The notes below the pieces were generated by a model that was not told the origin of the DNA, did not search any database, and worked only from the letters and a program-made list of their open reading frames with translations. This document shows positions 7,994 to 16,544 of a stretch of DNA of 36,242 bases, piece by piece. The stretch is from Candidatus Parcubacteria bacterium (lineage in GTDB: Bacteria; Patescibacteriota; Patescibacteriia; UBA9934; GWF2-40-263): assembly GCA_016882235.1 (NCBI GenBank), contig VGKU01000003.1, forward strand, positions 1 through 36,242, in the 5' to 3' direction. Every line of letters starts with the position of its first letter. The first letter of the stretch is position 1. Both the position numbers and the translations under genes were made by a program.

Positions 7994-9181
7994 ATGCAAC
8001 TCCCCGTGTTCAACACATTGGCAAAACACAGGTGGCATGTCCTGCTTCCTGTGTTTTTGGTTCTTGCGTTGGCATCGGCTTTTGTCATCCTCACATCAAC
8101 CACATGGGTCGACGAATCCCAAAAGGGTTCTTCGCCCATCCAAAGCGGGGATCCCCATGAGACAGAGATGACACCCATTGCGCATACGCCTCTTCCTGAC
8201 GAAGTCCGTGGCTTCTATTGGACGGCCGTGACCGCCGGATCACCGCGCGGGGATGAACTTTTATTGTCTCTCAAGGAGTCCGGTCTCAACACGGTCGTGA
8301 TTGATTTGAAAATGGATAACGGGCAGGTCGCGTTTGTGCCGCGCGACGAGGCGATCGAACCCTATGTGCAAGCGGGGCCGGCCATCGGCGATCTGGACGC
8401 GCTCCTCGTGAAACTGTACGACGCGGGGGTGTATCGCATCGCCCGCATCCCGGTGATGCGCGACGCAACGTTTGCGCGCGCACATCCATCGTTTGCTCTG
8501 CACGCGCAGGACGGGGCATTGTGGCAGGACAACATCGGGTCGCTCTGGGTGGATCCCGCTTCTGTGGAAGTGGCGGATTACGCGATTGCGCTTGCGCGCG
8601 AGGCATACGCGCGCGGGTTTGACGAGGTGCAGTTTGATTATGTGCGGTTTGCTTCCGACGGGGCCGTGGACGAGATCGTCTACCCGGTCTACGACGGAGA
8701 GGAGACGAAGGTCGCGGTGCTCCAGCGGTTTTTTGCGCGCGTCGGGAGCGCGATGCGCGACAAGGGGATCCCGGTGTCATTTGATCTGTTTGGGATAACC
8801 TTTTGGTCGTTTGACGACTTCCATATCGGCCAACGGCTTGTGGATGTTTTGCCGTATACGCAGTGGGTCTCGCCGATGGTCTATCCATCGCACTATCCCG
8901 ATGGGTTTGAAGGGTTTGCCAATCCGGCCGAAGCGCCCTATGAGATTGTGCGGCGGTCGCTGGAGGAAGGGACGCGGTTGATGCGCGGGTTTTGGTCCGG
9001 GTCGGAGGCGGAACTGCGTGCGAAATGGCGCCCATGGTTACAGGATTTTGATATCGGTGCGGTGTATACCGCCGATCTGATTGAAGCGCAGATTCAAGCA
9101 GTCCGCGACGCCGGTGCATCCGGCTGGATTCTCTGGAACGCCCGCAATGTCTACGAACAGGCAAATTATTTAGGAACGTGA
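7994..9181 (+). CDS. Putative glycoside hydrolase (DUF4015-like TIM barrel), membrane-anchored
   Basis: N-terminal TM; LNTVVIDLK, IARI, WVDP, GFDEVQFDYVRF, SPMVYPSHY, RPWLQDF, GWILWN. Confidence 0.8.
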   Translation: MQLPVFNTLAKHRWHVLLPVFLVLALASAFVILTSTTWVDESQKGSSPIQSGDPHETEMTPIAHTPLPDEVRGFYWTAVTAGSPRGDELLLSLKESGLNTVVIDLKMDNGQVAFVPRDEAIEPYVQAGPAIGDLDALLVKLYDAGVYRIARIPVMRDATFARAHPSFALHAQDGALWQDNIGSLWVDPASVEVADYAIALAREAYARGFDEVQFDYVRFASDGAVDEIVYPVYDGEETKVAVLQRFFARVGSAMRDKGIPVSFDLFGITFWSFDDFHIGQRLVDVLPYTQWVSPMVYPSHYPDGFEGFANPAEAPYEIVRRSLEEGTRLMRGFWSGSEAELRAKWRPWLQDFDIGAVYTADLIEAQIQAVRDAGASGWILWNARNVYEQANYLGT

Positions 9182-9209
9182 TGAGGGGGTTCAGGCTTGT
9201 TTGGATAGG

Positions 9210-9233
9210 AAAAACGGGGGTGACCCCGTTTTT
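9210..9233. terminator. Bidirectional terminator
   Basis: AAAAACGGGG-gtga-CCCCGTTTTT between convergent genes. Confidence 0.8.
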
Positions 9234-9241
9234 CGGTTTGC

Positions 9242-10915
9242 TTATGGTTGTGTCGGCGCGTCTGTGCCAAATCCACCGCCTCTCTCACCCCCTCCGTTAT
9301 TTGCCGGACCCGGTGGAAACCCGCGTCCGCCAAATCCACCCTCTCCGCCAAATCCACCACCAGGCGCACCCCCACTGCCCGGTGTCCCTTCCATCCTCGG
9401 GCCTGGCTGAAATCTCGGCGTACCACCCATCTCACCCGCGTCTGCCGAACCCGGAGTTGGCTCCTGTCTTTGTCCAGGTGCCTCGCGTTTTTCTATCATA
9501 CCCCGCGGTTGTTCATTTGGCCGTTCCATCATCTCGCCACGCCTCTCCGTAACCTCTTCCCGTCTTTCCGGCATTTTTTCCTCCGGTTTTACATTTTCCT
9601 CGCGTCGTTCCATGGTCTCTTGGCGTCTGTCCATCATCTCCCCTTGCGGTTTTCGCATCTCCCCTTGCGGTTTCATCATTTCTCCGCGCTGTTCTTTCGC
9701 TTCTGTACGTATATTCTCACTCCCCCTTTTTTGCTCCTTGATCATTTCACGTCGTTCTAAGACTTCTTGTTTTTCCTCTTTGCGCTCGTTCCTGATGTTC
9801 TCAAATCGTTCACCCATCTCGCCTCTTCTTTCACCCCCCTGTTCAAACTCCGGCGGCTGGCCCATCATCCGCTCATCAAACGGCTCGCCCATCGTCGGCT
9901 GATCTCCCTCAAACCGCCCTTCCATCTCAAACCGTGGTCGAAACTCCGGCCGTTCCTGCAACCGCTCCAGGGCTTCCGCCGCGTCCTTGTCACCATCCTG
10001 CGCGCGCTGTTTAAAATCTTCAAATGTGCGTTCAAACTTTTGCGTAAATTCCATCCTCATTCGTTCCCCTTCCTCTTGCCGCATCCGGATTTCCCCTTGG
10101 CGGTTTGCCTTAAACGCTTCCAACTTGCCAATCGCCGCTTCATCGCCTCCTCGCGCCGCGTCAAACAGGACGCGCGCCTCTTGCGACCTTTGGTGCACTT
10201 CCTGCGCGTGTTCTTCCATACGCATCTTCACTTCTTTTAAATGTTCGCGCACTTCCGCCGGCACGCGCTCGTTCGTTATGGCGTTTTCCAGTCGGCTCTG
10301 TTCCTGCGCGAATTGGTCGCGGAATTCAAGTACGGTTTCCAGTTGGTCATCTGCTTTTTGTTCTATGCGATCCATGATTTCCTGTTGGCGTTCAAACTGG
10401 ACGGCTTGGTTGCGCAATAAACGCTCAACGCCGCCATTGCCGTCTTCCAGGGCCTTTTCTTGATGTTGTTGCGCGCGCTGGATAAACTTGCCAGCTTTTT
10501 CCAGCATCTTTTTCGCTTTTTCTCGTGCCTTTTCATCGTCCGCTTGTTCAAATACTTTTTCCGCGATGAGCATGCGCTCTTCGGCGAACTTGATCGCCTT
10601 TTCCGCTTTTTTGGCTGGGTCGCGTGTGACGGCCAGCGAGACGCGCTCTTTTAGGCCGCGCCAGAATAATCCAAAACCGGACGGGGCTGTTTGTGGCTCG
10701 TCCACCTCGATGCCGTCATAGCTCGGCTGGACCTGCTCGGCTTCTTGGGCGAGCGCTTCAATATCCCCGTCAAAGGCTTCTCCTCCTTCACTGGACGCCT
10801 CGCTCTGTCCATTGAGCGCGCTGTCCGTTTGCGCTTCCTGGGCGAAAGCGCCGGTGGCTCCTACAAACATCATCGCAAGGATGAGCGGGAGCGTAGACAC
10901 GTATCGGCTAGTCAT
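9242..10915 (-). CDS. Secreted coiled-coil protein, DUF5667-like N-terminal domain, low-complexity E/R/M and Gly-rich tail
   Basis: Signal peptide ending AFA-Q; KERVSLAVTRDPAKKAEKAIKFAEER pattern; TGcTACCAT 8 nt before the ATG. Confidence 0.75.
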   Translation of the reverse strand: MTSRYVSTLPLILAMMFVGATGAFAQEAQTDSALNGQSEASSEGGEAFDGDIEALAQEAEQVQPSYDGIEVDEPQTAPSGFGLFWRGLKERVSLAVTRDPAKKAEKAIKFAEERMLIAEKVFEQADDEKAREKAKKMLEKAGKFIQRAQQHQEKALEDGNGGVERLLRNQAVQFERQQEIMDRIEQKADDQLETVLEFRDQFAQEQSRLENAITNERVPAEVREHLKEVKMRMEEHAQEVHQRSQEARVLFDAARGGDEAAIGKLEAFKANRQGEIRMRQEEGERMRMEFTQKFERTFEDFKQRAQDGDKDAAEALERLQERPEFRPRFEMEGRFEGDQPTMGEPFDERMMGQPPEFEQGGERRGEMGERFENIRNERKEEKQEVLERREMIKEQKRGSENIRTEAKEQRGEMMKPQGEMRKPQGEMMDRRQETMERREENVKPEEKMPERREEVTERRGEMMERPNEQPRGMIEKREAPGQRQEPTPGSADAGEMGGTPRFQPGPRMEGTPGSGGAPGGGFGGEGGFGGRGFPPGPANNGGGERGGGFGTDAPTQP

Positions 10916-10973
10916 ATCGGAACATGGTAGCATGGAGGTGGCGCAGAGAGTAGTGGACTTTGAAAACGTGGGC

Positions 10974-11362
10974 TCACTTGGCGCGGAGCCCGTTCAAGTG
11001 AATCTCGTCGACTGTGGTAGTGGTCTCTCTTAAGGGATTTGAACATTCACAGAACGCATGGCGAAAATAAAAAACCGCGATCTGCGGGTGAAAGCCAACA
11101 AGGTGTAGGGAAAACAAATGAGCGTGGGTGCCTTGCACCCCCAGGAGACTGCCAGCCCGGTCAAGCGACTCTCGTTGTCTTTTGCAGAGGTCTGTGTGGT
11201 TCAAGAAAAAGTGGCTGACTGTTTCTTCTTCTTGTTCCAAGACGAAGAAGGGTGCTGACCCGGAACGACTGGACGGCCGCCGGAGTGCCCCAACTTACAG
11301 CGCCGTCCCATGGCGCCGCCGCGGCAGTAGATGCACACATGTGCGGAAGATGGCTTCTGCAT
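10974..11362 (-). pseudogene. Possible frameshifted Cys/His-rich small gene
   Basis: MQKPSSAHVCIYCRGG... joins the 10974-11240 ORF if one C is added at the CCC run (plus strand 11250-11252). Confidence 0.3.
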
Positions 11363-11532
11363 ATCTTGAGAGGGACTTTTGCCAAAGTCTATTTCGCGGT
11401 GATCGTTCTCGGGCTTGGCTACTCCTTGTTTCATCAGTGGTTTGCCCAAGCGAGAGACCGATAGCATCGAAAGCGCCTTTTGCAGAGATCCCTAAGGTTA
11501 TTTACAATTCAGTAGAACATAAAATGGTAATT

Positions 11533-12101
11533 ATGTCCAGTTTGAAGTTCATGCGTGATGTGTCGTGGGATGAAGTGTTCGCGGAATGGAAGGCGCACGA
11601 AGGGGCGGATCCAGTGTGGCAGGCGTTCGCGCGGGAGGAGAAGGGATGGGAGAGTTGGGAGGCGTGGAGGACGCACCAGGCTGCGCAGTTTGGGCGGGGG
11701 AGCGGAAATGGAAGCTCTCTGAGTTGATGCGGCCAAACGAGGACGTTCCGAAGATGCGCATGGGTCTGTTTCCCGGCTGGCAGAAGCAGTACCAAGACAA
11801 GAACGTCCATACGTTTGAAGATTTGGTGCGCGACCATACCGCGTGGGTGCGCGCGAACAGCGGCGTGCGTTCGCGTCTCGCGGATTTTCCGCAGGCAACG
11901 CAGTTTATCGGTTTGTATTTGAAACAAGACGATGTGATCGTCCTGTATGAAGGGCATTATCGCGCGGCGGCCGTGGCGCTTGCGGTCTATGACGGTCGCC
12001 CGATACCATTTTTGCAAAATCCGACCATCGCGCTGACGGTCGTGGAGGGAGATGCCAAGCCCTTGCTTGACCATCTATTCGCGCACAAGAGCGAGGCGTG
12101 A
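11533..12101 (+). pseudogene. Frameshifted hypothetical gene with ParB/Srx-like EGHYR motif
   Basis: MSSLKFMRDVSWDEV... frame joins the ...ERKWKL...LYEGHYRAAAV frame with one extra G in tgggcggggg (11691-11700); TAAAAT 7 nt before the ATG. Confidence 0.6.
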
Positions 12102-12273
12102 GCGATTGACACATCTTCTCATTGCCGCGCGAGAAAAATTCGTCATGCACGCTTCTGATTGACGCTCCGGCCTTGGCCACGGGATGACCATGATCCGAGA
12201 GATTCTCAGTGGATTGACGAGATCATCGCCAAGCTGGTATGGTGGTGACCTCTTTTGCGCAAGGGAGGACGCT

Positions 12274-12835
12274 GTGTATCAGGAGAGAGTGTTGTTTAGC
12301 GAGAAGGAGATTCAAGATCGCGCGCGCGCTCGCGCAGGAGATCAGCCGCGACTACGAGGGTAAGTCCGTGGTCCTTGTTGGCCTCCTCAAGGGCGCATTC
12401 ATGTTCCTGCGCGACCTCGGGGTCGCGTTGGAGCGGATTCGCGGGGAAGGCCGGGGCGTGCACGAAGTGTACATTGAGTTTTTGAGCGTCGGCTCCTACG
12501 GCGGCGGCCACGAGTCTGGCACGCTCAAACTGGACCTGGACATCCGCTACGCGGTCAGGGGCAAGCATGTCATCCTCGTGGAGGATGTCGCCGACACCTG
12601 CAACACGCTCGCGTGGGTGGTGGAGCACCTCCAGAAGAAGGAGCCGGCGTCATTGCGCGTGTGCGTGCTGATTGAGAAGTCGGACGCGCATCGGTACTTG
12701 GTTGCGTTGCATTACGTCGGGTTTGCCCGTGATCGTCTCCCGTTTCTGGGCGGCTACGGGTTGGACGATGATGGCGCGCGCCGGTGCGATCTGAACATCT
12801 TCGAGATCCCGTCCAAGGCGCCGACTGCGGAGTGA
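12274..12835 (+). pseudogene. hpt: Hypoxanthine phosphoribosyltransferase with apparent frameshift near the N-terminus
   Basis: SD AGGGAGGA, then GTG...VLFSEKEIQDR, frame change in (CG)5 at 12319-12328, then LAQEISRDY, VGLLKGAFMF, VILVEDVADT, GYGLD. Confidence 0.8.
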
Positions 12836-12853
12836 GCGATCGCTCCGTTTTTT
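12828..12853 (+). terminator. Intrinsic terminator after hpt
   Basis: CGGAGTGA-gcga-TCGCTCCG followed by a T-run. Confidence 0.7.
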
Positions 12854-12885
12854 GTTTCATCTTAATCATCGTGGCCCGTCCTGTG

Positions 12886-13224
12886 TGTCATCCTGAGCGA
12901 GGGTTGCGGTACCCCCTGTGTCAGCCTGAGCGAGCGTGTACTGCCCGTTGTCATCCCGAGCGAGCGTTCCTGTGCCCCCTGTGTCATCCGAAGCGAGCGT
13001 GTACTGCCCGTTGTCATCCCGAGCGAGCGTTTATCATTTAGCCGAGGGATCTCCTGTGAATGCGAGATCCCTCCACTCGCCCCGGCGTTGCCGGGGCTCG
13101 GTCGGGATGACAAGAAAAAGCTATGTCGGGCTCGGCCGGGATGACAGGAAAAAACTCTGCCGGTGCTCGCTCCTCAGGATGACAGGAAAAAGGTGTCGGC
13201 CTTGAGACCGGACACAGAATGACA
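12886..13224. repeat. Nested palindromic repeat cluster (TGTCATCCYGAGCG / GGATGACA type)
   Basis: Five left arms at 12886, 12919, 12949, 12982, 13012; central GAGGGATCTC/GAGATCCCTC hairpin 13044-13073; four right arms ending 13112, 13146, 13184, 13224. Confidence 0.9.
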
Positions 13225-13258
13225 GCAGGAAATAAAAACGCGTGAACACATTTCGTGT

Positions 13259-13768
13259 TCACGCAGTGTGGGGCATCGCCCGCATGATGGCGTCGCCCGT
13301 ACAGGCGTGGAGCTTGTCCCAGGACGAGCAGTGCGGGTCGCCGCAATGTTCCTTCTCCGGAGCAGAGAGCGCGCCGCAGTCCAGACATCGCCACTGGGCA
13401 TGGTCGCCCACGATCCCGAGCGCCGCGCGGGCAAGACCGACTCCGCGCAAACGAGTGAACTCGATCCACCAGGTCGTGAGCAGGAGTCCGCGACGAACGC
13501 TCGAGCGGGTGCGCCGCCCCAACAAGATCGGCAGATCGCGCACACCCTCGGGCGTGACAACCGTCGTTGCTCCGTGTTCCTCAAAGTGGAAGCGCTGTGC
13601 TCCTCCTTCGCGCAGGACATGGATAAACCCGGACAGGAGGGCCCGAAGGGGTGGCGGCAGGTCCTGCAGAGCAACCGTCGTTCCAAAGGGGCCGTGAAGG
13701 TGCGTCCATCCGAGTTCGTCGGTATCCAGCTTGATCGTCAGCCGGAGCCGCGGTTCGCTGTTCTCCAT
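13259..13768 (-). CDS. Hypothetical protein with C-terminal zinc ribbon
   Basis: WRCLDCG...HCGDPHC; ATG 13768 lies 6 nt after minus-strand TATACT. Confidence 0.65.
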   Translation of the reverse strand: MENSEPRLRLTIKLDTDELGWTHLHGPFGTTVALQDLPPPLRALLSGFIHVLREGGAQRFHFEEHGATTVVTPEGVRDLPILLGRRTRSSVRRGLLLTTWWIEFTRLRGVGLARAALGIVGDHAQWRCLDCGALSAPEKEHCGDPHCSSWDKLHACTGDAIMRAMPHTA

Positions 13769-13789
13769 ATTTTTAGTATAATGCATCCT

Positions 13790-15187
13790 ATGCTTGGGCG
13801 CATTACCGAAAAAACATTTTACCAATTCCTCAAGTGTCCCAACTGGGTCTATTTGGGCGCACACGCGTTTGAAAAGCGCGTCCATGCTCCGCTCATGGAG
13901 CGTTTAATGGACGACGGATTGATCCACGAAAAAGAGCGCGAGTTGATTTCGGATCGCGAAGATTTGGTCGAAGTCACCGCCGAGGATCCGGAGGAGGCGC
14001 ACCGCCAAACCCTCGTGTTCATGCGCGAGGGGCGCGGCACGATTTACCGTGGTGTGCTCATGGACAAGCATTGGGTCGGACATCCGGACCTGCTGGAAAG
14101 AGTAGAGGGTCGCTCTGCGCTCGGGGATTATTACTATGTCGCTGTGGATTTGAAACGGTCGCGTTTCCTCCGCGATGAGTTTAAATTTCAAGGATGTTTC
14201 TACGCGGCCCTGCTAGCTCGCATCCAAAAAGTGAAACCCTTGCAGGGATATGTCATCAACCCGGACGGGCTGGTGATGAGCTATCACATCGGCGCATTTG
14301 AAGGCGAGTTTGACCTGACGCTTGATGAAATAGAAAAAATCATGGCCGGGCAAAAGCCGCCGCATTTCGTCACCTCCGGCTGTAAACAATCACCGTGGTT
14401 TTCCGAGTGCGTCGGCGAAGCGCAAGCGTGCGACGAGATCTCACTGCTCAACCGGGTTTGGCGCAAAGAAGTGTCTCTGCTTGAACAGGCCGGTGTGAAA
14501 ACGATCACGCAGTTGTCGCTGATGTCTGTGACGGATTTGGAGCGCACAGCGCCGGAGGTCAGCCCCGCGCGCTTGGAAATCATGCGCGACCAGGCCGTGG
14601 CCATCACAGAACACCGGCACATCGTGCGCCGCGCGGTCGCCCTGCCGGAGGCGCGAACCGAGCTCTATTTTGATATTGAGAGCGACCCTCTGCGCGACTT
14701 TGATTACCTGTTTGGTGTCTTGGAAGTAAGGAACGGGGAGGGGCAGTACCATCCGTTTTTCGCCGCCTCGCCGGCGCACGAGAAAGAGATGTGGGAGGAA
14801 TTCGTCGGGTTTATTGAGCGCCACCTGGATTGCCCGATCTATCATTACGGTTGGTTCGAGCAGGAAGTCGTGCACCGCTTTTTACAGCGGTATGGCATCA
14901 GCGCCCTCGCGCGCGAGGCGTTGGAGCGCAACATGGTCGACCTGTTAGAATTGCTCCGTCCCGCGGTTATCTTCCCTCTGTCATTCTATTCGCTCAAGGA
15001 TATTGCTTCGTACGTCGGATACACGTGGCGGTCACAGGACGCTTCGGGGGCGAATTCGGTGATCTGGTTTGAAGAGTGGCTCAAGAACAAGAGTCAGAAG
15101 ATGATGCAAAAGATTTTGGAATACAACGAGGACGACGTGCGCGCAACGTTTCGTTTGCAGAGATGGCTGCGTGAACACGCAACCTAG
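13790..15187 (+). CDS. TM0106-family RecB-like nuclease with RNase H-like C-terminal domain
   Basis: FLKCP, GHPDLLE, VDLK, Q..FY, CKQSPW...C, LYFDIE, IYHYG.FE, YSLK, YNEDDVRAT; the longer ORF-track start at 13268 overlaps the opposite gene. Confidence 0.88.
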   Translation: MLGRITEKTFYQFLKCPNWVYLGAHAFEKRVHAPLMERLMDDGLIHEKERELISDREDLVEVTAEDPEEAHRQTLVFMREGRGTIYRGVLMDKHWVGHPDLLERVEGRSALGDYYYVAVDLKRSRFLRDEFKFQGCFYAALLARIQKVKPLQGYVINPDGLVMSYHIGAFEGEFDLTLDEIEKIMAGQKPPHFVTSGCKQSPWFSECVGEAQACDEISLLNRVWRKEVSLLEQAGVKTITQLSLMSVTDLERTAPEVSPARLEIMRDQAVAITEHRHIVRRAVALPEARTELYFDIESDPLRDFDYLFGVLEVRNGEGQYHPFFAASPAHEKEMWEEFVGFIERHLDCPIYHYGWFEQEVVHRFLQRYGISALAREALERNMVDLLELLRPAVIFPLSFYSLKDIASYVGYTWRSQDASGANSVIWFEEWLKNKSQKMMQKILEYNEDDVRATFRLQRWLREHAT

Positions 15188-15199
15188 GTTGCCGCCTCT

Positions 15200-15529
15200 A
15201 TGCCTCGCTTCCTTTTCCCGTCTGTTCTCGCGCTCCTCGTCGTCATTGGGTTTTTGTGGTGGGGAACGGGAGGGGGTGAGCCCTCTACCGACCAAAGGCA
15301 AGGCCCCCAGACCACGCACGTGGAGACGCAGGGATTGACCGCGATTTCGTGTGCAGAGGCGGGCGGGACATGGAATCCGTGCGGTAGCGCGTGCCGTGAG
15401 GATCCCGAAGCGGTGTGCATCCAGGTCTGCGTGGAGTTTTGCGAATGCGCGGGCGCGGCAGAGTGTCCAGACGGGTACGCCTGCGGCGGGTTCGTGGAAG
15501 GGACAGGCGTCTGCAAGCCCGTGCCATAA
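15200..15529 (+). CDS. Secreted or membrane-anchored cysteine-rich small protein
   Basis: N-terminal hydrophobic segment; ten Cys including WNPCGSAC and CIQVCVEFCEC. Confidence 0.75.
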   Translation: MPRFLFPSVLALLVVIGFLWWGTGGGEPSTDQRQGPQTTHVETQGLTAISCAEAGGTWNPCGSACREDPEAVCIQVCVEFCECAGAAECPDGYACGGFVEGTGVCKPVP

Positions 15530-15587
15530 GGTCCTCTCCGCAGACAAGGTTCAGACACCTGACTAAGGCACTTGATGTAATTATCGT

Positions 15588-16523
15588 ATGGTGAAATCGG
15601 TTCGGAATTGTGCCGAGGGGATCATTCTCCTGATTGTCTTTGCCGCCGCGACCTATTCCCAACACGACGCGATTTTTGAATGGCTGCGTGTCCACACGGC
15701 GCCACCCTTGCCGCCGGCGGTGGAGTATAGAGACGCACCGTCCGCTGTGGTCAGCGAGCCGCCTGCGTCTGCCACAAGCGATCCACTTACGTCTGCCACA
15801 AGCGATCCTCCCACTTCTGTCATCCTGAGCGAATCGCAGGCGAGCGAAGGATCTCAAACCTTCACAGATCCTTCGGCACCTGCAGTGTCTCAGAATGACA
15901 TGGACGCGGAAATTGTTTCCGTGCCGGAGCCGGCTCTGCCCCTTTCCTACAACCTTGCCATTCCGTTTACCCCGCAGGCACCAAACGAACAGTGGGGCGA
16001 ACCGTACAAGGAAGCCTGCGAGGAGGCATCGCTTTTTATGGTGCATCAGTATTACCAAGGGATGCGCGAAGGACGCATCAGCGCGGACGAGGCGGACAAG
16101 GAGATCAAAAACATCGTGGCGTTTGAAATGGAATTGTTCGGCGCGTATGAAGATACCACAACCGAGCAAACCGGTACGCTCGCCGAAATGATGTACGGCT
16201 ACGAGCGAGTGGAGACGATTGACAATCCGACGGTTGAGCAGATCAAAGCGCATGTCGCCGCGGGCCATCCGGTGATCGTGCCGGCCGCCGGCCGCTTGCT
16301 TGGCAACCCGTACTTTACCGCACCCGGTCCCCTCTACCACATGCTCGTCGTGCGTGGGTACACGCAGGACGGCCGATTCATCACCAACGACCCTGGCACC
16401 AAGCGCGGCGAAGCCTACCTGTACGATTTTGACACGCTGATGAACGCCATGCATGATTGGAACGACGGTGGAGAAATAACGAAGGGGAAGAAAGTGGTGT
16501 TGGTGATTTTTCCGAATTCCTGA
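15588..16523 (+). CDS. Peptidase C39-like protein, exported
   Basis: PFTPQAP..W..PYKEACEEAS (Cys), YHMLVVRGY (His), NDPG (Asp). Confidence 0.82.
   Translation: MVKSVRNCAEGIILLIVFAAATYSQHDAIFEWLRVHTAPPLPPAVEYRDAPSAVVSEPPASATSDPLTSATSDPPTSVILSESQASEGSQTFTDPSAPAVSQNDMDAEIVSVPEPALPLSYNLAIPFTPQAPNEQWGEPYKEACEEASLFMVHQYYQGMREGRISADEADKEIKNIVAFEMELFGAYEDTTTEQTGTLAEMMYGYERVETIDNPTVEQIKAHVAAGHPVIVPAAGRLLGNPYFTAPGPLYHMLVVRGYTQDGRFITNDPGTKRGEAYLYDFDTLMNAMHDWNDGGEITKGKKVVLVIFPNS
15818..15900. repeat. Palindromic element inserted in the peptidase coding frame
   Basis: TGTCATCCTGAG...CGAAGGATCT / AGATCCTTCG...CTCAGAATGACA; same family as 12886-13224. Confidence 0.85.
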
Positions 16524-16544
16524 CGAGTAAACGGGGCGGGTTCT

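Noticed and set aside
9250-9700. Repetitive sequence in the DUF5667-like gene
   Set aside because: Explained by low-complexity Gly-rich and KPQGEM protein repeats
11041-11055. Additional GAAC-N7-GAAC match
   Set aside because: Not at an evident promoter; about one chance match of an 8-base motif is expected in a window this size
12886-13224. CRISPR array
   Set aside because: The spacers are short and themselves repeated, the repeats switch orientation around a central hairpin, and no cas genes are present
13268-13789. N-terminal extension of the 639-aa nuclease ORF
   Set aside because: It overlaps a credible minus-strand gene; family-like sequence starts at MLGRIT (13790), right after a TATAAT
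13790-15187. Cas4 or defence system call
   Set aside because: Motifs fit the stand-alone TM0106 RecB-like family; no cas or defence neighbours
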